In this document: piece by piece, positions 22,279 to 31,607 of the stretch
How the letters are laid out: every line of letters begins with the position of its first letter
Numbering within the stretch: position 1 is the first letter of the stretch
NCBI GenBank assembly: GCA_020850015.1
Contig: JADZFF010000012.1
Span: 8,994 to 72,993, forward strand
Origin: Bdellovibrionales bacterium
Lineage (GTDB): Bacteria; Bdellovibrionota; UBA1018; JADZFF01
Direction: 5' to 3'
Length of the DNA stretch: 64,000 bases
Translations under genes and position numbers: made by a program
The notes under the pieces: generated by a model
Told to the model about the DNA's origin: nothing
Database searches by the model: none
Seen by the model: the letters and a program-made list of their open reading frames with translations, nothing else

Positions 22279-23061
22279 ATGCTCAAATCCCTCAACACCG
22301 CCGCGACGTCGCTGAATGCGCAGCAGGCGAACATCGAGCGCATTTCCAACGATCTCGCCAACGCGAACACCGATGGCTACAAGCGTGGGTCATTGGAGTT
22401 CGAGGATTTGATGTACACCACACTCAAGGAGCCAGGCGCGGCTTTGGGTGACGCGAGCCAAAGCCCGGTGGGTGTCCAGGTAGGTACCGGAGTGAAGGTG
22501 GGGGCCGTCCACAAGATATTCGAGCAGGGCCCGGCCAGAATGACGTACCATCCCTACGATCTGATGATTCAGGGCAACGGCTTTTTCCAGGTGCAGCAGC
22601 CCAATGGACAGATCGGCTACACCCGTAATGGCGCCTTCCACCTGGACGCTCAGGGAAGGCTCACGCTCTCGAACGGAGCGATGCTTCTGCCGCAGGTGAC
22701 GGTCCCTCCCAACACGACCAACGTGATGATCAACGGCAACGGGGAAATTCAGGCGCTGATGCAGGACGGGAATTTGACGGTGATCGGCCAAGTTCAGCTT
22801 CATACCTTTCAAAACGAGCAAGGCCTGCGCTCTGAGGGCGCGGGGATCTACCAGGTCTCCCAGGCGAGCGGCGAGGCGATACCTGGAATTCCGAATGAAA
22901 ATGGATTTGGGATCATCCAGCAGGGGGCGCTCGAAAGCTCGAACACCAACGTTGCCAACAGCATGGTGGAAATGATCACCACTCAGCGCGCTTACGAGAT
23001 GGGCACAAAAGTCATGGGTGTCGCGGACAAGATGTTGGAGTCGACAGTTAACCTCAGGTAA
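22279..23061 (+). CDS. flgG: flagellar basal-body rod protein FlgG
   Basis: ISNDLANANTDGYK motif and the C-terminal MVEMITTQRAYEMGTKV. 260 aa. Confidence 0.9.
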   Translation: MLKSLNTAATSLNAQQANIERISNDLANANTDGYKRGSLEFEDLMYTTLKEPGAALGDASQSPVGVQVGTGVKVGAVHKIFEQGPARMTYHPYDLMIQGNGFFQVQQPNGQIGYTRNGAFHLDAQGRLTLSNGAMLLPQVTVPPNTTNVMINGNGEIQALMQDGNLTVIGQVQLHTFQNEQGLRSEGAGIYQVSQASGEAIPGIPNENGFGIIQQGALESSNTNVANSMVEMITTQRAYEMGTKVMGVADKMLESTVNLR

Positions 23062-23128
23062 GCTGGTTCTTAGCTTGAACGCCTTCTCAGGATGAGGGGG
23101 CGCGGTTTTTCGCCAGGAGGGCGGTTTT

Positions 23129-23821
23129 TTGAAATCAGCGTTCTACATCGCATGCGGATTCTTGGCCGCTGGGTTGGCGATTACCTCCCAGGCTCAGTCC
23201 ACCCAAACACAGCTCGAACGCATTCTATTCAAGCAGCTGTCGAGCTCCTACCCCGGCGCGAGGATCGAGATGTTGGGCCTTCCCCGCGGGATTTCCATTT
23301 CCTCAGCGGATCGAGTGGCGGTCATAGACCAGATAAACGACGATGGAACGGGGAACGTCGCGTTCAGGTATCGCGTCGAGAATGGCGTTGAGACGGGTTA
23401 TGGATCGATCGCGTTCCGCGCTTGGAAGCCCGCCTGGGTGAGTATGCGGCGCATCCGGCCGGGAGAAAAACTCTCTCGAGACTCGGTGGAACTGAGGGAG
23501 CTTGACGTTGCATCGGGCCCCGGACGGGAAGTGCGAGCGCAGCTGGTCATAGACGCAGACCAGATCGAAAAATTCGAGACCAGGCAGACAATCCTCGAGG
23601 GATATCCTGTCCTTTCGCAGGCCGTGGAGCGCGCCCCCGACATCCGGCGTGGTGATGTGGTTCGAGTGCGGCTGGTGGTGGGTGAGGTGACGCTTTCTAC
23701 CCATGGCGTCGCCTCGGAGCCCGGACGGTCGGGCGATTCGCTCACCGTGGTTACCCAGGGGACCAAGAAGTCGCTCTCCGGCACCGTGTCGTCCGACCGA
23801 ACGGTGGAGGTGCGGTTATGA
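23129..23821 (+). CDS. flgA: flagellar basal-body P-ring formation protein FlgA
   Basis: Signal peptide and a C-terminal SAF-like beta region (RRGDVVRVRLVVGEVTLSTHGVA...). Positioned upstream of flgH-flgI. Confidence 0.6.
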   Translation: MKSAFYIACGFLAAGLAITSQAQSTQTQLERILFKQLSSSYPGARIEMLGLPRGISISSADRVAVIDQINDDGTGNVAFRYRVENGVETGYGSIAFRAWKPAWVSMRRIRPGEKLSRDSVELRELDVASGPGREVRAQLVIDADQIEKFETRQTILEGYPVLSQAVERAPDIRRGDVVRVRLVVGEVTLSTHGVASEPGRSGDSLTVVTQGTKKSLSGTVSSDRTVEVRL

Positions 23822-24762
23822 GGCGCGATTCGCTGCTCTGGGCGCTGGGTGTAACACTGGCTCTGATGGGGCTGTCGGGCTGCGCTCAGTTGATGGGATC
23901 GCTGCGGCGCGACCTCGACGACCGCGCCCCCTACAAGGAGCCGACGGTCGGCGGTGTCTTTACCGAAGGGAACGTGCTTGGAGGGTACGAGTTCGAGAGC
24001 CCGTCCGGAGCCGACATGGATCTGGAGTACCGGGCTGTCGGACACAGCGAACGTTCGCCGGCGTCTGCTCGGTCCTCCGCGGGGCCACAGGCGCGGAGCG
24101 GACCCGTGCCTCCAAGTTACGCCGATACGCCTAACCTTCCTCCTGAGACCAAACGCCTTTATCAGGATCCAGCCCGCGCGAGGAAAGAGGACTTTGAGGA
24201 CAACTCGCCCAATGAGGGGTCGCTGTGGGCCTCGACTGGGCAGACGAACTACTTTTTCACGAAGAACAAGGTCAAGTCTGTAGGCGATCTCGTGACGGTC
24301 GTAATCAAGGAGCGCCTGGTCAAGGACATCGCCTTCGAGGTGAAGAAAACGCTCACTCAGGAGGAGGCCGAAGCCGCCCTTGCGGAAGCAGATGCGAGGA
24401 AGCTCGCGGAATTCGAGAAGAGCGGCAGGGCGCCGGCCGCCAAAAAACCGGGTGAAGAGGTTCAGGTGGCCGACGGGGACGTCCCGGACGAGCCAGAAAA
24501 ACCCGAAATCACGCCGACCCAGTTCTCCGAGCTCGATATCACGGAAAATGTCGGGGTGAAGGACGGCGAACAGATGATGGCGGAGATTCTGGAGCGGTAT
24601 CCCAACGGAAACTACAAAATCCGCGCGACCAAGAGGGTCCCGTACCGAAGCGAGAACAGGATGGTGACGGTGGTCGCGATCGCGCGGGGCAACGACATCA
24701 ACGAAGCCGAGACCGTTGATGCAGGAAACCTTTATGAATACCGGATCAAGGCATATCGCTGA
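23818..24762 (+). CDS. flgH: flagellar L-ring lipoprotein FlgH (carries a ~90-aa acidic insertion)
   Basis: Lipobox LSGC and FlgH core GSLWASTG...VGDLVTVVIKE. 314 aa versus the usual ~230. Confidence 0.8.
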   Translation: MRRDSLLWALGVTLALMGLSGCAQLMGSLRRDLDDRAPYKEPTVGGVFTEGNVLGGYEFESPSGADMDLEYRAVGHSERSPASARSSAGPQARSGPVPPSYADTPNLPPETKRLYQDPARARKEDFEDNSPNEGSLWASTGQTNYFFTKNKVKSVGDLVTVVIKERLVKDIAFEVKKTLTQEEAEAALAEADARKLAEFEKSGRAPAAKKPGEEVQVADGDVPDEPEKPEITPTQFSELDITENVGVKDGEQMMAEILERYPNGNYKIRATKRVPYRSENRMVTVVAIARGNDINEAETVDAGNLYEYRIKAYR

Positions 24763-25792
24763 CATCGCGGCATTTGCCGCCATCCTTCTGGGCGCGGCAC
24801 TCGCGTTTCCAGCGCCCGCGCAGGCGGCCCGCCTGAAAGACGTGGCGGTGGTGAAGGGTGTCCGTGAGAACATCCTGATCGGTTACGGGATTGTGGTGGG
24901 CCTCAAGGGCACCGGAGACTCGAATTCGGCGGTCACCGGGCAGAGCCTCACGCGACTATTCACCAAGCTGGGTCTTGATGTGGCTCAGGATGCGGGCGTG
25001 AACTCCAAAAACGCCGCGGCCGTGATCGTCACTGCGAAACTGCCGCCATTTGCGCGAGTGGGCAACAAGATCGACGTGACGGTTAGCTCCATCGGCGATG
25101 CGACCAGCCTGGAAGGTGGAACGCTCTTGGTCACCCCACTTCGGGCAGGTGATCAAAACGTGTATGCCGTTGCGCAAGGTGCTCTGACCATCGGTTCAGT
25201 TGCTGATGGGACGACGACGAATTTTCCAACCGTGGGGCGCGTGGTAAGCGGGGCGACAATCGAGAAGGATCTGGAGCTGAATTTCGCCGGCAAGAAGAGC
25301 TTCCGCCTCTCGCTTCATAACCCCGACTTCACGACCTCTGCCCGCGTGGTGACGCTGATCAACGCGGAGCTTGGGGGACAGTTTGCGACTGCTCGTGACA
25401 GCGCAACCATCGATGTCGTGGTCCCTTTTAGCTACGAAGGAAATTCCGTCGAACTCCTCGCGAGGCTTGAAAACGTGAACGTGGTTGTCGACAGCGGGGC
25501 CCGCGTGGTCCTGAATGAACGCACCGGCACCGTGATCATGGGGGAAAACATTACCGTTTCGCCCGTCGCGATCGCACACGGGGATCTCGCGATAGAGGTC
25601 GGGAAGCAGCAGGCGCAAGAGGGCGGTGCTCGCGCGAAGATCGAGCGCGTGATGGAGATCAAGAAGACCACCAACGTGTCGGATCTCGTTCGCGCGCTGA
25701 ATACCATGGGCGTGCGCCCTAAGGACATGACATCGATATTTCAAGCGCTCCGGGAAGCGGGAGCGCTCCAAGCCGAGCTGGAGTTCATGTGA
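24734..25792 (+). CDS. flgI: flagellar P-ring protein FlgI
   Basis: Signal peptide and FlgI signature LIGYGIVVGLKGTGDS. Confidence 0.85.
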   Translation: MNTGSRHIADIAAFAAILLGAALAFPAPAQAARLKDVAVVKGVRENILIGYGIVVGLKGTGDSNSAVTGQSLTRLFTKLGLDVAQDAGVNSKNAAAVIVTAKLPPFARVGNKIDVTVSSIGDATSLEGGTLLVTPLRAGDQNVYAVAQGALTIGSVADGTTTNFPTVGRVVSGATIEKDLELNFAGKKSFRLSLHNPDFTTSARVVTLINAELGGQFATARDSATIDVVVPFSYEGNSVELLARLENVNVVVDSGARVVLNERTGTVIMGENITVSPVAIAHGDLAIEVGKQQAQEGGARAKIERVMEIKKTTNVSDLVRALNTMGVRPKDMTSIFQALREAGALQAELEFM

Positions 25793-26055
25793 TTCATTGG
25801 ATGGATTTCATTTTGGACGATTTTTTAGGCCCGGTGCTCGCCACGCGCGAGGAGCGGGAGAAGCTTCGCAGAGAGGCTGCGGCGGTCCGCGCGGCAGTCA
25901 AGGAGGACGGCGGTCAAGGCGCCATCCAGGAAACAAGACGGGATGCACAGCCTGCTAGGATGGTGGGTTTATCCAGTCATTCAGGCGCCTCAACGAGCGG
26001 CACGGAAGCCGCCCCGGGGACGCCAGCCGATCTGCGAGAGGAGGGGGGAGCGTGA
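25789..26055 (+). CDS. hypothetical small protein between flgI and flgJ
   Basis: ATGA overlap with the flgI stop and a 4-nt overlap with the next gene suggest translational coupling. No recognisable domain. Confidence 0.3.
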   Translation: MIHWMDFILDDFLGPVLATREEREKLRREAAAVRAAVKEDGGQGAIQETRRDAQPARMVGLSSHSGASTSGTEAAPGTPADLREEGGA

Positions 26056-26546
26056 GCCAGATTCCCGGTTCCGGGAGTCCTCGCGCCCCCCTTCCGAACT
26101 CTTCAAACATGGACTGGGGGCGGGACGCCCGCTCGGCTCCGGTCACACCCTCCAACCGTCAACCGGTCATCGACCGGTCAAAGGTGGATCCTCAGATTGT
26201 TAAGGCGGCCGAAGGAATGGAGGCACTGTTTCTCGACCACATGATGCAGGCCATGCGTAAAACGGTTCCCAAGGGCGAAATGGGCCTGCACAACGCCGCG
26301 ACCGAGATTTACGAAGGCATGCTTGACGCCGAATACGCCAAAAAAGCGGCGGGCGCTGGGGGTTACGGAATGGCGGACCTCATCATTGCTTACATGGATT
26401 CAGGTAGATACAATGCGGTAAGGGGACCCGGAGCGGTTCCCGGACGCCAACCCGTGGGACCCACGGCGGCGAACAGTACAGGAGGTACCAATGAGGGTCG
26501 ACAATCAGAACAACCCGGCGATCCAGTCCGCGAACACCAAGACTGA
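26052..26546 (+). CDS. flgJ: flagellar rod-binding protein (FlgJ N-terminal domain only; no muramidase domain)
   Basis: Rod-binding motif AAEGMEALFLDHMMQAMRK...YEGMLDAEYAK...GGYGMADLI. Confidence 0.65.
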   Translation: MSQIPGSGSPRAPLPNSSNMDWGRDARSAPVTPSNRQPVIDRSKVDPQIVKAAEGMEALFLDHMMQAMRKTVPKGEMGLHNAATEIYEGMLDAEYAKKAAGAGGYGMADLIIAYMDSGRYNAVRGPGAVPGRQPVGPTAANSTGGTNEGRQSEQPGDPVREHQD

Positions 26547-26832
26547 CGCGCGCGAAACGCAGCGCACTCAGCGCGGTGCGCGCGTTACGGAGACGGGAGC
26601 CGCTGGCACGACGGACGCCACTGGAGCAGCGGCCGACGCTTCCTCCGATATCTCTCCGCGTGCCCGGGAATTCGCCCGAGCGAAGGAAGTGGCGGCGAGT
26701 GCGCCGGATGTTCGTCAGGCCAAAATCGACGAATTGAAACGTCGGATCGCAAACCGCGAATACAACGTGAAGCCTGAGGCGGTAGCCGATCGCATGGTGC
26801 AGGAACACCTGCAGACCCACGGGCTCGGCTGA
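26491..26832 (+). CDS. flgM: anti-sigma-28 factor FlgM
   Basis: Disordered N-terminus with a conserved C-terminal helix pair (VRQAKIDELKRRIANREYNVKPEAVADRMV). Confidence 0.7.
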   Translation: MRVDNQNNPAIQSANTKTDARETQRTQRGARVTETGAAGTTDATGAAADASSDISPRAREFARAKEVAASAPDVRQAKIDELKRRIANREYNVKPEAVADRMVQEHLQTHGLG

Positions 26833-26919
26833 ACTCAGCGCGAGCCAAACCCAGGCCAGGATGGCCTGCGGTGACAGTGCCGGCGCAGTTGCCGGCGGTG
26901 ATCATGGAGGATTGCCGCA

Positions 26920-27432
26920 ATGAACGCACCAATTCCGGAATTACTGAAAAATCTACGGGACCTGATGGGGCTGCACAATCAGCTCCTTGAGTCGGTTCGC
27001 TGCGAGCGTGCCGCGCTGGAGAACGCCGACCTCAAGGCGATCCACGATGCCACGAATACGAAGGAAGCGATTCTGGCCAGAATTCGCCAAGTCGAACTCG
27101 CCAGACAACGGATAGTCGAGGAGCTAGCCGCGATCTGGGTTGCCCCGATGGATCAGCTGACGCTCGCGCGCATCATCGAACGAATCCAGGGCGTGGATCT
27201 CAGGGCGGCCGACCAGCTTCGTAGCGTGATGAACTCGCTCACGGTGCTGGTTTCAAGATTGAGGGAACAAAATCTTTCAAATCAGGCACTGGTACGGGAG
27301 TCGCTCAAACATGTCACGGAGATGAAAAAGAACGTGCTCGGCGAGGCGCTTCCAGGGGGTCCGGCATACGACAGACAGGGTCAGCGCAAGAGCGGTCCGG
27401 GCGGAGCGCGCCTGATCGCGCAGGAGGCGTAA
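26920..27432 (+). CDS. flgN: FlgN-family flagellar export chaperone (putative)
   Basis: 170-aa helical protein between flgM and flgK, the syntenic position of flgN. Confidence 0.5.
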   Translation: MNAPIPELLKNLRDLMGLHNQLLESVRCERAALENADLKAIHDATNTKEAILARIRQVELARQRIVEELAAIWVAPMDQLTLARIIERIQGVDLRAADQLRSVMNSLTVLVSRLREQNLSNQALVRESLKHVTEMKKNVLGEALPGGPAYDRQGQRKSGPGGARLIAQEA

Positions 27433-27442
27433 AGAAACGACC

Positions 27443-28864
27443 ATGGGCCTTCCTGGCGCGATGCAGTCCGGACGATCGGGAATGATGGCGGCACAAACCG
27501 CCATCGCTACGTCCGGCCACAACATCAGCAACGCGAACACCGAGGGGTATAACCGACAGAGGGTTGAGACCACCACGGCGGAGCCCCGGAAGGGGCCGGG
27601 AAATCTATTCGTCGGCAGGGGCACGCAGGTCTCCCGGGTCGAGCGGATCAACGACAACTACCTCGAAAAGCACATCCGGGACGGCGCGCGCGACATGGCC
27701 GGCTTCGAGGAAAAGGATGTGATGTTGAACCAGCTCGAGGATGTGTTCAACGAGCTGAATGGGGACGGGCTGAACCGCCTTGTGGCGAGGTTTTTCAATG
27801 AGTTTCGAAAGCTATCGAACGACCCGGACAGCGAGGCGGTGCGCCAGAGCCTGCGAGAGGCGACGAACGCACTTTCCAACGACTTCAAACGGATTCGTCG
27901 GGGAATCACCGGCATCCAGGAGCACATCGACAATCGAATCGAGGGTTACTCGACCCAGGTCAACGCTTTTGCCGAGCAGATCAAGGACCTCAATATCAAG
28001 ATCAAAGTGCTGGAGCAGAACGGGGGGTCGCCTAACGACCTTCTCGACCAAAGGGACGAAGCTCTTAAGAATCTCTCCGAGCTCGTGAATGTCTCCATGC
28101 ACACGGACAAGGAAGGGTCCTACATCGTAAACGTCCGAAACATCGGCCCACTCGTCACGGGGCCGGTCGCCGAGCGGTTCTCAGTCATGCGGACCCCTGC
28201 CGACGACCAGGGTAAACCTGAGAATTCATACGATGTCCGCACCTCGGCTACCGCGGCGGGGCCGGTGACGCACTTTCTTCGCGGGGCGAAGATGGGATCA
28301 CTTCTTGAAATCCGGGACAGCACCCTCTCGGAGGCGCTTAATCGCCTCGATAATCTGGCGTTCACGATGGGAAACGCCGTGAACCAGGTTCATGCACAGG
28401 GGTTTACGAGATCCGGCGCCACGGGGGTTGCGTATTTCAAGCCGCTCACCGGAAAGGAGCGGGCAGCCGAGCTGCTTCAGCTTTCTGATGAGATCGTGGA
28501 CAACGTGAATAACATCGCGGCTTCGGGGACTCCAGAGTCTGCGGGCGACAACCGGGTCGCCGTTGCGATTTCCGGGCTCCAGAACCTGCGGCTTTTGAAC
28601 GAGGGTCGCGCCACGGTTGATGACTTCTATAACTCGATGGTGAGCGAGGTGGGAGTGGTTCGCGCGAAGAACGGTCAGGCCATGAAGCAGCAGTCCAGCA
28701 TCATGGGTCAGCTGAGCAAGATGCGCGAGCAGATCTCGGGCGTGTCCCTCGACGAGGAGACCGCCAACCTCATGAAGTATCAGCACGCGTTTGACGCATC
28801 GGCGAAAGTGATCGCCGTTGCCGACGAGATGCTCGACACGGTGTTGAGCCTCAAGAGGATGTGA
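27443..28864 (+). CDS. flgK: flagellar hook-associated protein 1 FlgK
   Basis: N-terminal SGMMAAQTAIATSGHNISNANTEGYNRQ motif and the conserved C-terminal helix. Confidence 0.85.
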   Translation: MGLPGAMQSGRSGMMAAQTAIATSGHNISNANTEGYNRQRVETTTAEPRKGPGNLFVGRGTQVSRVERINDNYLEKHIRDGARDMAGFEEKDVMLNQLEDVFNELNGDGLNRLVARFFNEFRKLSNDPDSEAVRQSLREATNALSNDFKRIRRGITGIQEHIDNRIEGYSTQVNAFAEQIKDLNIKIKVLEQNGGSPNDLLDQRDEALKNLSELVNVSMHTDKEGSYIVNVRNIGPLVTGPVAERFSVMRTPADDQGKPENSYDVRTSATAAGPVTHFLRGAKMGSLLEIRDSTLSEALNRLDNLAFTMGNAVNQVHAQGFTRSGATGVAYFKPLTGKERAAELLQLSDEIVDNVNNIAASGTPESAGDNRVAVAISGLQNLRLLNEGRATVDDFYNSMVSEVGVVRAKNGQAMKQQSSIMGQLSKMREQISGVSLDEETANLMKYQHAFDASAKVIAVADEMLDTVLSLKRM

Positions 28865-28886
28865 TGATGGAGGCGCGTGACACTCG

Positions 28887-29888
28887 ATGAGGGTGACCCA
28901 AAACACGAACTTCCAGGTGCTTCACGACGCCATCACACGGAGCAAGGATCGGATGACGCAATACCAAAATCAGCTTTCAACGATGAAAAAGGTCAATGTG
29001 CCGTCGGACGATCCCGTAGCCTCCGCGAAGATTCTCGAGATTCGGACGGACAAGGTAAACAACGAGCAGTTTGAAGCTAACGTCAAGATGGCCGAGACCT
29101 ACCTCAACAATACCGACACGGTGCTGGCCGAGCTCGCCGACGTCGTCATGCGGGCCAAGGAAATCGCCATCGGACAGGCGAGCGGCGCGAGCTCGAACGA
29201 ATCCACGCGGATCGGGGTGGCGGAGGAGATCGGGCAGCTCTACCTGCAGTCCGTCGCCGCCGCGAATCGCCGAGTTGGAGATCGCTATCTCCTGGGGGGC
29301 TATCGAACCGATCAGGCACCCGTGGATCCGGATGGGCGCTATATCGGAGATGATGGCGAGATGCTGGTAGAGGTTTCCAGGGATGTATTCGTCTCGATGA
29401 ATGTCCCGGGCCTTGGAATCTTCAATACGGCTCCCGAAGACTCGGCCGATTCCCATAGGCTGAAGCAATCACGTGCGCCGGCTTCGCAGGAAGAAACCGA
29501 GGTTGATCCTGGGGCGGAGTTTGAGGGACGAGCTGAGCCGGTGCGGACCGAAAACATCAACCTTTTTGGTGAGATTCAGGCGCTTCGAACACACCTGCTC
29601 ACGGGAAACATGGAAGGAATTCGCTCAACTTTAGAGCGGTTCGATACACTTCAAGAGCGCCTCGTTGCGATGCGCGCAAAGGTTGGAGCAAGAGTGTCGG
29701 GATTACAGTCTACTTTGAGTTCCATCGACCGCACGAGCATTACAAATGCTCATCTAAACTCGGCCTTGGAGGACGCGGATATGGCCAAGGTGATGAGTGA
29801 TTTGGCAAAGGAAGAAACAGTATTTCGCACTGCACTGCAGAGCTCCCAGCGGCTCGTTCAACCGACGTTAATGGAGTTTCTGCGCTAG
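28887..29888 (+). CDS. flgL: flagellar hook-associated protein 3 FlgL
   Basis: Flagellin-like N- and C-terminal helical domains (MRVTQNTNFQ... and ...LQSSQRLVQPTLMEFL). Confidence 0.8.
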   Translation: MRVTQNTNFQVLHDAITRSKDRMTQYQNQLSTMKKVNVPSDDPVASAKILEIRTDKVNNEQFEANVKMAETYLNNTDTVLAELADVVMRAKEIAIGQASGASSNESTRIGVAEEIGQLYLQSVAAANRRVGDRYLLGGYRTDQAPVDPDGRYIGDDGEMLVEVSRDVFVSMNVPGLGIFNTAPEDSADSHRLKQSRAPASQEETEVDPGAEFEGRAEPVRTENINLFGEIQALRTHLLTGNMEGIRSTLERFDTLQERLVAMRAKVGARVSGLQSTLSSIDRTSITNAHLNSALEDADMAKVMSDLAKEETVFRTALQSSQRLVQPTLMEFLR

Positions 29889-30018
29889 CGAATTGAATGA
29901 AATCACTGGAGTTATCAGGGGCTTGAAAAGACAGATGTTGCAAGGGACACAGCGTTAGATTATTGAGGACCGGTAACGGAGTACCCCCCCTGCCAGGAAG
30001 CGAAGGGCTTGCGATCTT

Positions 30019-30243
30019 ATGCTAGTATTGACCCGGAAGCTCGGAGAGAGCATCGCGATCGACGATCACATCAAGATCGTCGTCGTTCAGATCAAAGGCA
30101 AACAGGTTCGGCTAGGGATCCAAGCGCCCAAGGAAACCAAGATACATCGCGAGGAAGTCTACACCGCGATTCGGGAACAGAACCAGCAAGCCGTTAACGC
30201 ACCGGCTGAGATGGGAAGGGTTTCTAAGGTTCTCAAGGGCTGA
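30019..30243 (+). CDS. csrA: carbon storage regulator CsrA
   Basis: MLVLTRKLGESIAIDDHIKIVVVQIKGKQVRLGIQAPKETKIHREEVY is a near-canonical CsrA. Confidence 0.9.
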   Translation: MLVLTRKLGESIAIDDHIKIVVVQIKGKQVRLGIQAPKETKIHREEVYTAIREQNQQAVNAPAEMGRVSKVLKG

Positions 30244-30285
30244 GCTAGGGCAAGATCTGAACGGTAGTTTCAGGGGGGACAGAGC

Positions 30286-30837
30286 GTGATCGTAAGAACA
30301 GGACGTTTTGGAGAGCTCTCGGTCGAGGACGACAGCAAGATCTTCTTCCCGGAAGGAGTTCTGGGGTTCGCCGACAACCATTGGTTTTCGTTGATCGACC
30401 CAGGGGATGAAACCCTGATTCTTTGGCTTCAATCGCTTGAGAATCCAAACCTCGCGCTTCCAGTTCTCGAGCCCAAGATTTTTAGGCCGGACTACTCCGT
30501 GCGGCTTTCTGCGGCAGAGCTCAGGATTCTGAAGCTCGATAACGTCAACCAGAGCGCGGTGTTCAGCATCCTGACGATCCCCGAGGAAATCACGGAGATG
30601 TCAGCCAATCTCAAGGCTCCCGTGGTGATCAACCTCAGGGAGAAGCTGGGCCGCCAAGTAGTGCTGCAAGAAAACGAGTACAGCATCAAACAGCTGATGT
30701 TCAAGGAGCTGCGCACGCACCTCCTTACGATCGCTGCAAACAGCCGTCGCCCCTCAGGCGAGGACGAAGCGGCGTACAGCCCGATCCGAGTTCATACGAT
30801 TCCGCCCTCGTTGACGGTTCGTGGGCTGTCGGGCTGA
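30286..30837 (+). CDS. fliW: flagellar assembly factor FliW (CsrA antagonist)
   Basis: FliW signature ...IFFPEGVLGFADNHWFSLID...LWLQSLENPNLALPVLEP..FRPDY. Confidence 0.85.
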   Translation: MIVRTGRFGELSVEDDSKIFFPEGVLGFADNHWFSLIDPGDETLILWLQSLENPNLALPVLEPKIFRPDYSVRLSAAELRILKLDNVNQSAVFSILTIPEEITEMSANLKAPVVINLREKLGRQVVLQENEYSIKQLMFKELRTHLLTIAANSRRPSGEDEAAYSPIRVHTIPPSLTVRGLSG

Positions 30838-30866
30838 ACGGTCCGGCCGAATTCTGTACTGGGGCT

Positions 30867-31607
30867 TCAGGCGCGGCCGCTGATGCGTTGCGCTCTGATC
30901 ATCTCGAGGTACGCGAGCGCCTCGCGGTGGGTGGGCTCCGCCTCTAGGACCGCCTCCCACTCGAGCTCAGCGTCGAGGACGTTGCCCTGGCTGTAATGAA
31001 GCAGACCGAGCTGGATGCGCGCCGGAGGATAGGACGAACTTTCCGCGCGCAGTTGCTGGAGCTCCTGAATGGCCCGAGTGACGAACCCCTTCTTGGCGAG
31101 GGCCTTCGCCCGGCGAATGCGGATCTCAGGGTCCGCAGGATCCAGTGAAGCAGCTTTACCGTACTCCTCGATCGCCTCGTCATAGCGACGGTACCGGAGG
31201 TAAAGATCCGCCAATTCAAGGTGCTTCACCGCGAATTTTCTCTCGATCTCGGGGGTGCCCACCGCACGCTTCGCCGAAATCGACTGATTGGCCTGATCGA
31301 AAACGCCTTTTGCATCGTCGTATTTTCCGATGTCGTTCAGTAAGACGGAAAGGCAAACGGCCGCGTCCGTGTGTTGTGGGTCGAAATTCAAGGCCTTGCG
31401 AAGGCTCTCGATCGCACGCCCGATCTGGCCCTGGAAATAGGACGAGACTCCGAGGAAATAGTGAGCATCCGCATCCGCTGGCTGAGCCGTCATTCGCTGC
31501 CTGATCAGATGCTCCGCGTTCGCGAAGTCCCTGCGATTCAGCAACTCCTGAATCTGGCGGTCCGAGGAGAGCGCGCTGCCGGCGAGAGGTTCAGTTCCTG
31601 GATTCAC
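30867..31607 (-). CDS. tetratricopeptide-repeat protein
   Basis: Multiple TPR motifs (AHYFLGVSSYFQGQIGRAIESLRKALNFDP...). Confidence 0.6.
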   Translation of the reverse strand: MNPGTEPLAGSALSSDRQIQELLNRRDFANAEHLIRQRMTAQPADADAHYFLGVSSYFQGQIGRAIESLRKALNFDPQHTDAAVCLSVLLNDIGKYDDAKGVFDQANQSISAKRAVGTPEIERKFAVKHLELADLYLRYRRYDEAIEEYGKAASLDPADPEIRIRRAKALAKKGFVTRAIQELQQLRAESSSYPPARIQLGLLHYSQGNVLDAELEWEAVLEAEPTHREALAYLEMIRAQRISGRA

